NCBI GenBank assembly: GCA_963667175.2
Contig: CAXXXF010000015.1
Span: 704,001-768,000 of the forward strand
Origin: Candidatus Latescibacterota bacterium
Lineage (GTDB): Bacteria; Latescibacterota; UBA2968; GCA-2709665
Reading direction: 5' to 3'
Length of the DNA stretch: 64,000 nt
The position numbers and the translations under genes were made by a program. Below, piece after piece: positions 19,434-27,668 of this stretch. The notes beneath the pieces were generated by a model. That model was given only the letters and a program-made list of their open reading frames with translations. It was not told where the DNA came from and ran no database searches. How positions within the stretch are numbered: position 1 is the first letter of the stretch; every line of letters begins with the position of its first letter.

Positions 19434-20041
19434 ATAGCCCCCATTTCTAGAGCCGCGCTAAGCCGGCGTGAAGGCAGTTCCTCAAGTGTTCGTAGAAGGG
19501 CGCTCGTCGTTACCTTTTGTTGTTGAAGACCGTCCTGCAAGGCCTCAATAGCCGTTTCGCGTCCGATCTGGTGTTCGAATCGGAAGCAATCGACGATCGT
19601 ACGAGCCGGCGATGTCATTCGCGCCGGAACGCCCTCAAATGTCGTGTCGGACACACCATAGGTCCAGGCGGCGCCGCTGAACCTGATGAGTCGGGTTCGG
19701 AATTGCGGTAGCCGAGGGGGTCTCGCCTTATGGGGAATCGCAATCCAGACTTCGTGCGGAAGCCGGGTACCAATTTCATGATAGCTCAGCGCTGAAAGTA
19801 GACATATCACTGCATTGGGCACACGCGCACAAACAGCAGCCAGTGTGTGGTGTTCTGTCGGCTCCGCGCTTGCAAGCCTGTAAAGGCCGCGGTTGACCCG
19901 CTCAACGGCGCCAGTTGAGACCAAACGGCGGAGTTGGTCGTAGGTGATTCCCAACTCATCGATCTGGCTCGGGCGAAAGAAGACACCGAGACCGGCGCTT
20001 TGAAGGCGGTCCATGTCGAGTTGAATTGTTGACATGTTCAT
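19430..20041 (-). CDS. AbiEi family antitoxin, second paralog
   Basis: RGLYRL, CLLSALSYHEI, TSPARTIVDCFRF. Confidence 0.9.
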   Translation of the reverse strand: MNMSTIQLDMDRLQSAGLGVFFRPSQIDELGITYDQLRRLVSTGAVERVNRGLYRLASAEPTEHHTLAAVCARVPNAVICLLSALSYHEIGTRLPHEVWIAIPHKARPPRLPQFRTRLIRFSGAAWTYGVSDTTFEGVPARMTSPARTIVDCFRFEHQIGRETAIEALQDGLQQQKVTTSALLRTLEELPSRRLSAALEMGAM

Positions 20042-20044
20042 AAA

Positions 20045-20103
20045 AATGTCGGCAATCTATCAAGAGCTGCCGACATTATATCGTATTCTCGCTGAATTGT
20101 CAA
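20045..20103 (-). promoter_or_regulatory. Consensus sigma70 promoter overlapped by AbiEi-type operator (copy 1)
   Basis: TTGACA(20103-20098)-17 bp-TATAAT(20080-20075); inverted repeat AATGTCGGCA-N13-TGCCGACATT at 20045-20077. Confidence 0.8.
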
Positions 20104-20168
20104 CGGAAAATTAGCCTAACAGGAGAAGAAGAACGCGATATTTACTTACATCCACACTTGTTCCCATT

Positions 20169-20192
20169 GCGCAAACTGACAGTTTGCGCTAC
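20169..20192 (-). repeat. GTAG-type REP palindrome, second family (copy 1)
   Basis: GTAG-CGCAAACTGTCAGTTTGCG on the minus strand; second copy at 27838-27860; supplies the higA stop codon. Confidence 0.7.
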
Positions 20193-20452
20193 GAGCGGTT
20201 GGCGTGATACAGGTCCCAGCGAAGCTGGAGATTCAGCCAAAACACGGCCGACACGTTGAAATATCTCCCCAGGCGCAGAGCTGTACTCGGCGTGATAGCC
20301 CGTCGACCGTTCACAAGTTCGTTAACCCGTTGATAGGGAACATGAATGGCGGTAGCCAATTCGCGCTGTGTTAAATTCACCGGATTCAGGAATTCCTCCA
20401 GCAACGTCTCACCCGGATGAGTCGGAACACGATGGGTTGGAATTCGTACCAT
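20189..20452 (-). CDS. higA: HigA family antitoxin (XRE HTH), no intact toxin
   Basis: PTHPGETLLEEFL, RVNELVNGRRAITPSTALRL, FWLNLQ. Confidence 0.9.
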   Translation of the reverse strand: MVRIPTHRVPTHPGETLLEEFLNPVNLTQRELATAIHVPYQRVNELVNGRRAITPSTALRLGRYFNVSAVFWLNLQLRWDLYHANRS

Positions 20453-20558
20453 AGTTCACACCTCTGGTTAATTTTCGATGGAAGCTGACAACCTCCAAGT
20501 CAGTGGCAATGACGACCTGGCCACGCAAACAGGTGTGACCATAGATACTTCTGGCGGC

Positions 20559-22712
20559 TCAGGCCACTGTGCCGGACATATCCTTCAACATCTCCAGTAT
20601 GTCTTTTTCGATGGCCTGAATATCGGCCTCGATTTCTGCGAGTGGACGTGGTGGTTTGTACCGGTAGAAGTAGCGGTTGAAGTTGATCTCGTAGCCCACA
20701 AAGCCGACTCGTCCGTCCTTATGATCGCGTTTCGTAGTGTCGATCCACGCGTCCGGCACGTGGGGCTTGACCTCGCGGTCAAAGAAGGTGCGGACGCTTT
20801 CGGGGACGCCGTCATCGTCCACTGGATCCTCCCCTTCCGCGAGCGGCACGCGTTCGGTGTCCCGCAGCTCCGGGTCGGCTTCGGGCGCGCCGCCCCTCCC
20901 GTGACAGACCGCCGCGGTCTCGTCCCGTTCCCCGAGTGCGGCCAGAATCGCTTTCTTCACTGGTGCCGCGAGTTTCAGGCCGGCTTTCATTTCGGCATTC
21001 GCAAGCTCCTTGAGAAACGCTTCCCGGTCCTTATAGAGGACATCGGGCAGCGCTTCCAGCATGGCCAATATCACCCCTTGGAGGGCCCGGCCCTCCGCCA
21101 CCTCGCGTTCACCCGCGTCTCCTCGTTTTTTCGATTTGGACAAATTCTGAAATCCCTTTTGTTCGCCAAGCCGGGTGATGCGTTCGGCACTCGCCTCGAA
21201 ATTGAGGCGCAAGGGCCGCTCGACCGTAATTCTTCGATATCCGAACTGTGTGGTCGGGAAGACGCGGCTGACGGTCTTGTCTTCCTCCTCGCCGTCTTCC
21301 GTTACCTTCCTGGTCTCGCCATCCTGAAATCCGTGCAGAAGTTCCAATACTTCGTCCGCTTTATCCGGAGGAATCTCGCGCCGTTTGTCGCCCAGGCTCC
21401 GGCGCATGGGCGCCCAGAAGGTGGTCGCGTCGATGAGCTGTACCTTGCCCTTTCGTTTCGGGTCCTTCCGATTGCTCAGAACCCACACGTAGGTTGCAAT
21501 CCCCGTATTGTAGAAAAGTTGTTCGGGGAGCGCGATCAACGCCTCCAGAAGGTCGTTTTCGAGAACATAGCGCCGGATCTCGCTCTCTCCGCTACCCGCG
21601 TCGCCGGTAAACAGTGGCGAACCGTTCATAATGATCGCGATGCGTGCGCCCCCCTGGTCCGGCGCCCGAGCATGAGCGAGCATATGCAGCAGGAACAGGG
21701 TCTGGCCGTCGCTGATCCGCGGGAGTCCCGGGCCGAAGCGCCCGGCGGTTCCCCTTTCGTGCTCGGATTCGACCGAACTCTTGTCTCGTTTCCAGTCCTT
21801 TCCGTACGGCGGATTCGCGATCAGGTAATCGAAATGGCGTGCGGCGTGGCGGTCGTTAGACAGCGTACTGCCGAACGCAACGTTGTTTGCGTCCCGCCCC
21901 TTTGGATCCTTTATGTACATGTCCGACTTTGACACTGCCCAGGTCTCCGGATTTACTTCCTGGCCGAAGAGATGAATCTCCGCCTGAGGATTGACGGCAG
22001 GGCGAAGGACTTCGCCGTTGCTTCGCCTGCCGCTGGTGATGTGGCTCTTTGCAATCATCAACATACCGCCGGAGCCGCAGCAGGGATCGTACACACTACG
22101 TACGACGCTGGGGTTGGCGATGCGATCGTCGTCACCGGCCAACATGAGATCCACCATCAGATGGACGACGTCCCGCGGCGTGAAGTGCTCCCCGGGATTC
22201 TCGTCGAGGGCTTCGTTGAAACGCCGGATCAACTCTTCGAAGATCGTCCCCATCGTCGCGTTGTCGATCCGATCCGGGTGCAGGTCGACGTTTTTGAACC
22301 GCTCAAGCACCTGGAACAGCAACCCCGCTTCGTCGAGCTTGCTGATCGTGTTGTCGACGTCGAAGCGCTCCAACACCTCCCGCATGTTGTCACTGAAGCC
22401 GGCAATGAAGTTCCTCAGGTTGGCGGCAAGCTGGGGCGCATCGGCGAGCAACGTGTCGAAGTCATAGCGCGACGTGTTGTAGAACGCGAAGCCGGACGTC
22501 CTGCAGAGCTGCTCCCTCAGGTCTTCGAGTCCCATATTCCTCAGCTCCGCCTGGCGTTTGAGCACCTTTTGTTTCGTGGGAGCGAGCACGCAATCCAGAC
22601 GGCGCAACACGGTCAACGGCAGAATGACGTCCTGGTACTTGCCTCGCTTGAAGCTGTCGCGGATCAGATCCGCGACGCCCCAGATAAAGCTGACGATTTC
22701 ACTGTGGTTCAT
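20559..22712 (-). CDS. hsdM: Type I restriction-modification methyltransferase subunit
   Basis: FIWGVADLIR, GEHFTPRDVV, YDPCCGSGGML, ANPPY, LFYNTGI, GYEINFNRYFY. Confidence 0.95.
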   Translation of the reverse strand: MNHSEIVSFIWGVADLIRDSFKRGKYQDVILPLTVLRRLDCVLAPTKQKVLKRQAELRNMGLEDLREQLCRTSGFAFYNTSRYDFDTLLADAPQLAANLRNFIAGFSDNMREVLERFDVDNTISKLDEAGLLFQVLERFKNVDLHPDRIDNATMGTIFEELIRRFNEALDENPGEHFTPRDVVHLMVDLMLAGDDDRIANPSVVRSVYDPCCGSGGMLMIAKSHITSGRRSNGEVLRPAVNPQAEIHLFGQEVNPETWAVSKSDMYIKDPKGRDANNVAFGSTLSNDRHAARHFDYLIANPPYGKDWKRDKSSVESEHERGTAGRFGPGLPRISDGQTLFLLHMLAHARAPDQGGARIAIIMNGSPLFTGDAGSGESEIRRYVLENDLLEALIALPEQLFYNTGIATYVWVLSNRKDPKRKGKVQLIDATTFWAPMRRSLGDKRREIPPDKADEVLELLHGFQDGETRKVTEDGEEEDKTVSRVFPTTQFGYRRITVERPLRLNFEASAERITRLGEQKGFQNLSKSKKRGDAGEREVAEGRALQGVILAMLEALPDVLYKDREAFLKELANAEMKAGLKLAAPVKKAILAALGERDETAAVCHGRGGAPEADPELRDTERVPLAEGEDPVDDDGVPESVRTFFDREVKPHVPDAWIDTTKRDHKDGRVGFVGYEINFNRYFYRYKPPRPLAEIEADIQAIEKDILEMLKDMSGTVA

Positions 22713-22783
22713 ACGTTTGCTCCACGACTTCGACCTGGCGAATAACGCCGCCTATACCCCTTTAATTCAATAAATGTAACTTA

Positions 22784-24762
22784 GTAGAGTCGAGATGTGG
22801 CGCGGTGGTTTAGGAGTGGCCTATCTGTTTCCGCCCCTTTCGTCTGGCGGTGCCTCAATAGCCGCTCCGTGCTCCGTTTCCACGTCCCGCTCATCGAACC
22901 GGACGTGCGGATTTACCGCATCCGGCTCTCGGACAAGGAGTCATGCGTTCGCCCACGGAAGGTTGCGCGCCTGTACTTCCAGCCGGGTCAGGCCCAACGT
23001 GTTGTAGAGGACCTGGTCATGGAAGCGTGACCTTCCCTTTCCCGGTATTCGGTACTTGTTGCACAACCACCAGCGGAGCCGTTTCCGGGTGTGGCTGTCC
23101 ACACTCCGATAGGCTTTGCTGGCCAGACCAAGACGGAAGTAGTTGCCCCACCCTGCCAGCTTTCGGTTCAGGTGGGCAATCCGTTCTTGATGGTCTTTCA
23201 GCAACCACCGTCGCGCCGTTGCCTCGCTGATGGCCCGGCAGATGTGCCGGATGGCCTTCTTTGACGGGCGCGTGCCGATATAGGCCTTTCCCGTCTTTGG
23301 CGAGTAACAGCGGCCGATGGTGTAGCCCAGAAAGTCAAATCGTCCTTCCGGGAGCGTGCATATGCCCGTCTTCTGCTCGTTCACCGTCAACTTAAGCGCT
23401 TTCATGATGGATCGCATCGCACGCATCGCTTCTTCTGCACTGCCGCGACAGCAGATCACAAAATCATCCGCGTAGTTGACAATATGAGCCTCCAGACGTT
23501 GCTGATGTCCCCGAAATTTCCATCCCAGAATGAACCGCCGCATATACAGGTTCGCCAACAGCGGGGAGATTGGGGCGCCTTGCGGTGTCCCCCTTCCCTG
23601 ATCCTTGTTCGGCGTCGCTCGACGTTTGCGGCCCCGCTTGTCGGTCTCCTCAATCGGCGCGGTCAGCCACAGCTTGATCAGGCGCAGCATTCGCCCGTCA
23701 CTGATGCGTCGCGCCACCGATTTCATCAACTCGGCATGCGGGATCGTGTCGAAGTAGCCGCTCAAGTCGGCGTCGATCACCTGCGTATGGCCGCGGCTCA
23801 CCAGACTGTGAACCGCATTGATGGCGTCGTGCGCACTCCGTTTCGGGCGATACGCATACTGTTCCGCTGGCAGGTCCGCCTCAAAGATCGGCTCCAAGAC
23901 CAGCATCGCCGCGGTTTGCACCACCCGATCCTTCACCGTCGGGATGCCCAACGGCCTTTGCTTCCCGTTCGGCTTGGGGATATATACCCGACGGATCGGA
24001 GACACCCGATACGATTTGCTCCTTACGGCTTCCGACAGTTCGCCTAACCACCGCTTTTGCCCGTATGACTCGATATCCGCAAACGTCTCGCCGTCCACGC
24101 CCGCCGCGCCGCCGTTGGCCTTGCAGCAGCGGTACGCATAAAGCAGGATGTCCTCGCGATACACTTTGTCATACAGCGCGTAGAATCGGTAGCCGGGCGA
24201 TTCCTTCGCTTTGGCATGCAACGTCTTCCGCAACTTCCGAACCTTCTCCGGAGGTCTTAGGCTCATACCAATCTCCAGGCTCTCGCTCCTTTGACGTTGC
24301 CCTTGAACCAAGGCCCCTTCCCTCCACCGGCATTACCCGGCTTCCCGGGTACTACGGGCCTCTCCGCCACCCCACACGGCCCGGCCTGACCCTCACGGGC
24401 GTCCGGTTGGTGTCTATACACCACCGAGGGGGGCTTCCCGTGTTGCGTCGGAACTCCTTGTATACGTGCCTTCGCCATTACCCCGGCGGGACCGTTGGAT
24501 GCGCGCGTTGCTCTCTTTTTCCAACGACGGCGGCCTTCCCCGATCCATGGGCGGGTCGGCTCCCGCATTACCTTTTTCGAGGCCTGCTCAGCGTTCACTC
24601 ACGTTTCGGCCCGCATACTCGCCAGGTCGCCTTGCGACCCTCTACACCGGAGGCTTCGGAGATGTCGTTGCCTACGTCCCCGCTCCGGTTGCTACCGACC
24701 GCAGCAACATTTGTCGGGTGGGACTCTCACCCACTGAAGTTCCGCGCCTTTTCACGGCGCAC
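22784..24762 (-). mobile_element. Group II intron (complete)
   Basis: 5' GTGCG at 24762; domain V GAGCCGGATGCGGTAAATCCGCACGTCCGGTTC after the ORF; 3' end ...CGACTCTAC at 22784; encodes an RT/maturase. Confidence 0.9.
22941..24266 (-). CDS. ltrA: Group II intron reverse transcriptase/maturase (no endonuclease domain)
   Basis: AAGVDG, RPLGIPTVKDR, DADLSGYFDTI, GTPQGAPISPLLAN, YADD, FDFLG, domain X LAGWGNYF. Confidence 0.93.
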   Translation of the reverse strand: MSLRPPEKVRKLRKTLHAKAKESPGYRFYALYDKVYREDILLYAYRCCKANGGAAGVDGETFADIESYGQKRWLGELSEAVRSKSYRVSPIRRVYIPKPNGKQRPLGIPTVKDRVVQTAAMLVLEPIFEADLPAEQYAYRPKRSAHDAINAVHSLVSRGHTQVIDADLSGYFDTIPHAELMKSVARRISDGRMLRLIKLWLTAPIEETDKRGRKRRATPNKDQGRGTPQGAPISPLLANLYMRRFILGWKFRGHQQRLEAHIVNYADDFVICCRGSAEEAMRAMRSIMKALKLTVNEQKTGICTLPEGRFDFLGYTIGRCYSPKTGKAYIGTRPSKKAIRHICRAISEATARRWLLKDHQERIAHLNRKLAGWGNYFRLGLASKAYRSVDSHTRKRLRWWLCNKYRIPGKGRSRFHDQVLYNTLGLTRLEVQARNLPWANA

Positions 24763-24865
24763 CATGGATGGACAGGATGAACAGGACGAAAACCAAAAAG
24801 CGCGACAAAAGCACAAGAAAACGAACATCAGAAACTACGAAACACGCGAAAAATACGAAAAATAC
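24763..24865. repeat. Strand-skewed short imperfect tandem repeats
   Basis: GGATGGACA-GGATGAACA-GGACGAAAA, then TACGAAA/CGCGAAAAA/TACGAAAAA units. Confidence 0.5.
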
Positions 24866-24965
24866 GTGGCTGAAATCAATTGCAACAAGAGACAAAAACC
24901 ACAATGTTGCACGTTAGCCTGACACCCCGACATTTCGCAGGTCAACTCGATCTTGGACGAATCAA

Positions 24966-25032
24966 GGTTTTCGTTATTTTCTTCACTCATATTATTGAAA
25001 ACCAACCGATTATACGACAAATTCACCAGTTT
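24966..25032. repeat. Dispersed ~65-bp non-coding repeat (copy 1)
   Basis: Ungapped match to 60676-60742 (50/65 by hand), identical core CAACCGATTATACGACAA. Confidence 0.65.
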
Positions 25033-25353
25033 TCATGATTAGCTCAGGCTAACAATATAACACAAAATGGCAATAAAGATGGGATTGGCGTTTTCGCGAT
25101 CCGAACAGTGCCCTGTAGACGAAAGAAGGGGTCAGTGGATAGTGGCCAGTGGTCAGTTAAAACCGGTGCACACCATCGACACATTCTGCCACGAACGCGT
25201 GCTATTAGCGACTGCGAAAATAAGCAGGCTTTTTATTAGCGGAATCGATCCAAATCGATAATAAAATAACGCAAGTCGGCGGAAAAAAGAACCGGCTTCA
25301 GCAATACACAAGCCGGTTCCGGGTCGATGAAGTTCCGAAAAGAGTGCGGGGCC

Positions 25354-25755
25354 TCAGGGCGAAGACAGCCTTTCGGGAGTAACAAAACCGAGCGCGGCGG
25401 CCACAGTGCGCTGCCGGTCGTCAAGCGTGAGGAACAGGAGTTCGCCCGGCTTCGGGGCTGAGTATAGCGCGGTCGCGACATGCCATAGATCGGCGCCTCT
25501 CAGGTACCCGATCTCCAAGACCGTTGCGAACTCAGGAGCGAGCGACCTCTGAGGCATAACCCACTCGATGCCGGCAACCATGAGTTTCTGAAATTCGATG
25601 CCCTCGCGAGCGAAGGAGGCGCGGAGCTCCGCTTCCAGCAGATTGGACGAAACCAAGCTATCGAATCCTGAAAGTTGTCCGGCGAACGTACGAGCGCCAG
25701 GCTCGTCGAAGGCGATGGCGGCCAACACAGAGGTATCGATGTACGCGGCGCTCAT
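25354..25755 (-). CDS. VapC/PIN-domain toxin
   Basis: YIDTSVL, LLEAE, LRGADLWHVATA, FLTLDDRQ. Confidence 0.9.
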   Translation of the reverse strand: MSAAYIDTSVLAAIAFDEPGARTFAGQLSGFDSLVSSNLLEAELRASFAREGIEFQKLMVAGIEWVMPQRSLAPEFATVLEIGYLRGADLWHVATALYSAPKPGELLFLTLDDRQRTVAAALGFVTPERLSSP

Positions 25756-26030
25756 TCGTTACGCTCAGCCAGGAACCGTGCCAGAGCGCCTGGCCGACGC
25801 GCCACGGGCTGAAGCGTCTGCTTTGACGCTCCGGACCGCACCAGGATCCCGCGACGTCGAAGATCATCCAGACGCTCTTCGATCGTCTGCTGCCGCGGAT
25901 GCTGGATCGCGCGGATCTCAGCCACGGGCTCTCCTCGATAGGAAACCATGACGGTTCTGCCTTCGCGCACGTGCCGGATGACCTCCGAAAACCGCGCCTT
26001 TGCTTCATAGGTTGAGTAAATCAATGCCAT
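25752..26030 (-). CDS. Phd/YefM family antitoxin (VapB role)
   Basis: YSTYEAKARFSEVIRHV...VSYRGEPVAEI; overlaps the toxin start; likely leaderless. Confidence 0.88.
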   Translation of the reverse strand: MALIYSTYEAKARFSEVIRHVREGRTVMVSYRGEPVAEIRAIQHPRQQTIEERLDDLRRRGILVRSGASKQTLQPVARRPGALARFLAERNE

Positions 26031-26036
26031 AGCAAG

Positions 26037-26065
26037 AATATAACCAGTCAGACTAGTCCTGTCAA
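26037..26065 (-). promoter_or_regulatory. sigma70 promoter of the vapBC pair
   Basis: TTGACA-17 bp-TATATT ending 6 nt before ATG 26030. Confidence 0.7.
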
Positions 26066-26142
26066 GGGCAACATCTTGCATGTCGAACGGTCGGGCCCGG
26101 TGTATTTGGCATCGTAGACGGCCTGAATCGCCAATTTTCAAA

Positions 26143-26191
26143 TCCGTATGGCGTGTTCTTCGTAGGGGCAGGTTTGAAACCTGCCCCTACC
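26143..26191. repeat. GTAG-type REP palindrome plus 19-bp flank (copy 2)
   Basis: TCCGTATGGCGTGTTCTTC-GTAGGGGCAGGTTTGAAACCTGCCCCTAC. Confidence 0.8.
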
Positions 26192-26301
26192 TGTTCGGAG
26201 GTCGACAGGCTCGGCGCAAGGATCACGATCGTGTTCTGTCGTGCTTAAGACTCCGCGGTCAGCAGGAGGTGTCGGTTTCGAATTGGGCGACCCGCCCGGC
26301 G

Positions 26302-26781
26302 CTATCCGTCGAATTCGTACAAGAGGTTGCCGCCGGACACGCCCTCAATTCGAAGGACGACCCTTCCCGGACCGGGTCCGTAGAACTGCCGATAGCGCGT
26401 CCTGATCAGGGTGAGGTCGAAGACGTGGGACTCGGTCAGCCATGCCTCGCAGGGATCGCCGTTCGCGTTGTGGGCGAGCACGGCCTGGAGTTGCACCGGA
26501 TCCGACTCCCTGAACGATTTCGAGATCACCAGAGTGAATTCGTGCCTCCGGCAGCCGCCGGTATACGAGACGTCGATGGTCAACCGGTGTCCGTCGATGG
26601 CGGCAGAGTTCACCACCCAGGGGTCGTCTCCCCGGTCGCGGCCGTCGGCGACCACAACGTTGCCTCCGGTGACCGTCGGATCGAGCGTCGAATCACGGCA
26701 GCCGGTCGCGGCGAGCAGGCCGACCAGGATTGCGAACGCGGCCACGCCCATCCGTACGGATATAAGACGGTTGCCCAACAT
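26302..26781 (-). CDS. Putative lipoprotein (NigD C-terminal-like); start uncertain (26829/26781/26751)
   Basis: Hydrophobic signal ending LLAATGC; VSYTGGC..HEFTL, HNANGDPCEA motifs. Confidence 0.6.
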   Translation of the reverse strand: MLGNRLISVRMGVAAFAILVGLLAATGCRDSTLDPTVTGGNVVVADGRDRGDDPWVVNSAAIDGHRLTIDVSYTGGCRRHEFTLVISKSFRESDPVQLQAVLAHNANGDPCEAWLTESHVFDLTLIRTRYRQFYGPGPGRVVLRIEGVSGGNLLYEFDG

Positions 26782-26793
26782 ACCGAAATCGGC

Positions 26794-26842
26794 GGATGCG
26801 CCGACGTTGCGGGGCGTTTCGCGTGTCATAGATGAAGCGCTT
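26794..26842 (-). pseudogene. Isolated copy of an abiEi/abiEii junction
   Basis: GGATGCGCCGACGTTGCGGGGCGTTTCGCGTGTCATAGATGAAGCGC matches about 17710-17756 (MTRETPRNVGAS vs MTREKPRNVGAS). Confidence 0.75.
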
Positions 26843-26890
26843 CCAGTTCCGGGGACATGGCGTTCCGGCTGCAGGTCGTCAATCGTGAGG

Positions 26891-26920
26891 AGTCGAAAGC
26901 GATGCCGGCCAACACTGTCG
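26891..26920 (-). pseudogene. vapC 5' remnant
   Basis: Reads TVLAGIAFD versus SVLAAIAFD in the intact VapC; lies directly after the antitoxin fragment. Confidence 0.6.
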
Positions 26921-26929
26921 TCTGCGGGC

Positions 26930-27103
26930 TCAGGCCCCGCGATCAGCCAGGAAGCGGGCCAGGGCGCCCGGACGATGCGCCACCGGCTGAGGCGATTGTC
27001 CCGGCGCTCCCGATGGAACGAGGAACCCGCGACGTCGAAGCTCATTCAGCCGTTCGTCGATCGTCTGCTGCCTGTGACGTTGGTTCGCGCGGTTGTCAGA
27101 CAC
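26930..27103 (-). CDS. 57-aa antitoxin C-terminal-only paralog
   Basis: GAGGAG then GTG; MSDNRANQRHRQQTIDERLNELRRRGFLVPSGAPGQSPQPVAHRPGALARFLADRGA aligns with the C-terminal half of the 25752-26030 product. Confidence 0.65.
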   Translation of the reverse strand: MSDNRANQRHRQQTIDERLNELRRRGFLVPSGAPGQSPQPVAHRPGALARFLADRGA

Positions 27104-27124
27104 GGGGGTCTCCTCGCACGAACT

Positions 27125-27553
27125 TTACGCCGGACGGAACGTCACGACCAATTCCCGGCCGAGCGACCGCAGGGCCTTGTGAATGCGGTTGGCGGCGGTG
27201 TGATGTCGGGGATCGAGCATGCGACGCACGACTTTCTCGTTGACGCCGAGGCGTCGGGCACATGCAAGGCGGGTCAGACCGCTATCCCGGAACGCAAGGA
27301 CGAACGCGGCTTTTGCAGCCATGTCGGGCGGAACGGCAACGTACTGCTCGCCCGCGCGTCGGCGACTGGGCGGCGGGATGGGCTCGTTATCGTCGATGCG
27401 GCCGGCGACCGCTTCCTCGAGGGCGCCGCGTGCTTCCAGCAGGGCCGCTGACTCGTCGGCGCCCGAGGTGAGACATTCCGGAAAGTCCCGGAACGAGACA
27501 GTGATCTCGCCCGAGAGGTCGGGTTGAAGCCGGGCGGGATAGCGAAACTGCAT
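27125..27553 (-). CDS. hicB: HicB family antitoxin (orphan)
   Basis: YPARL...VSFRDFPECLTSG...ALLEARGAL...IPPPS, followed by a C-terminal HTH. Confidence 0.88.
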   Translation of the reverse strand: MQFRYPARLQPDLSGEITVSFRDFPECLTSGADESAALLEARGALEEAVAGRIDDNEPIPPPSRRRAGEQYVAVPPDMAAKAAFVLAFRDSGLTRLACARRLGVNEKVVRRMLDPRHHTAANRIHKALRSLGRELVVTFRPA

Positions 27554-27579
27554 GAGGGTTTCCTGCCTTTCACAACCTG

Positions 27580-27608
27580 AAAATAGGACATTTGTGTCCG
27601 AATAGCAA
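27580..27608 (-). promoter_or_regulatory. Putative hic promoter with palindromic operator
   Basis: TTGCTA-17 bp-TATTTT; spacer contains GGACA-CAAA-TGTCC. Confidence 0.55.
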
Positions 27609-27668
27609 TGGAATCGCGACGGCATCCTTTGACGACCCGGCACGGTCGCGGATTACGACGCCGCGCGG

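Noticed and set aside
20478-22745. Long plus-strand ORFs (484 aa, 257 aa) opposite hsdM
   Set aside because: Antisense shadows of a GC-rich gene; no recognisable motifs.
22941-24266. Retron, DGR or defence-associated RT
   Set aside because: GTGCG 5' end, domains V/VI and maturase domain X identify a group II intron.
24065-24922. 285-aa plus-strand ORF and other ORFs across the intron RNA
   Set aside because: They overlap the structured intron RNA and show no protein motifs.
24763-25160. CRISPR array
   Set aside because: Repeats are 7-9 bp, imperfect and lack spacers; no cas genes present.
12143-26191. Integron attC cassette array
   Set aside because: No integron integrase; the palindromes are GTAG-REP type, and I saw no regular RYYYAAC/GTTRRRY-bounded sites.
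26302-27045. Full 247-aa ORF as one real protein
   Set aside because: The first ~70 codons are off-frame read-through of vapB/vapC remnants; the lipoprotein signal starts later.
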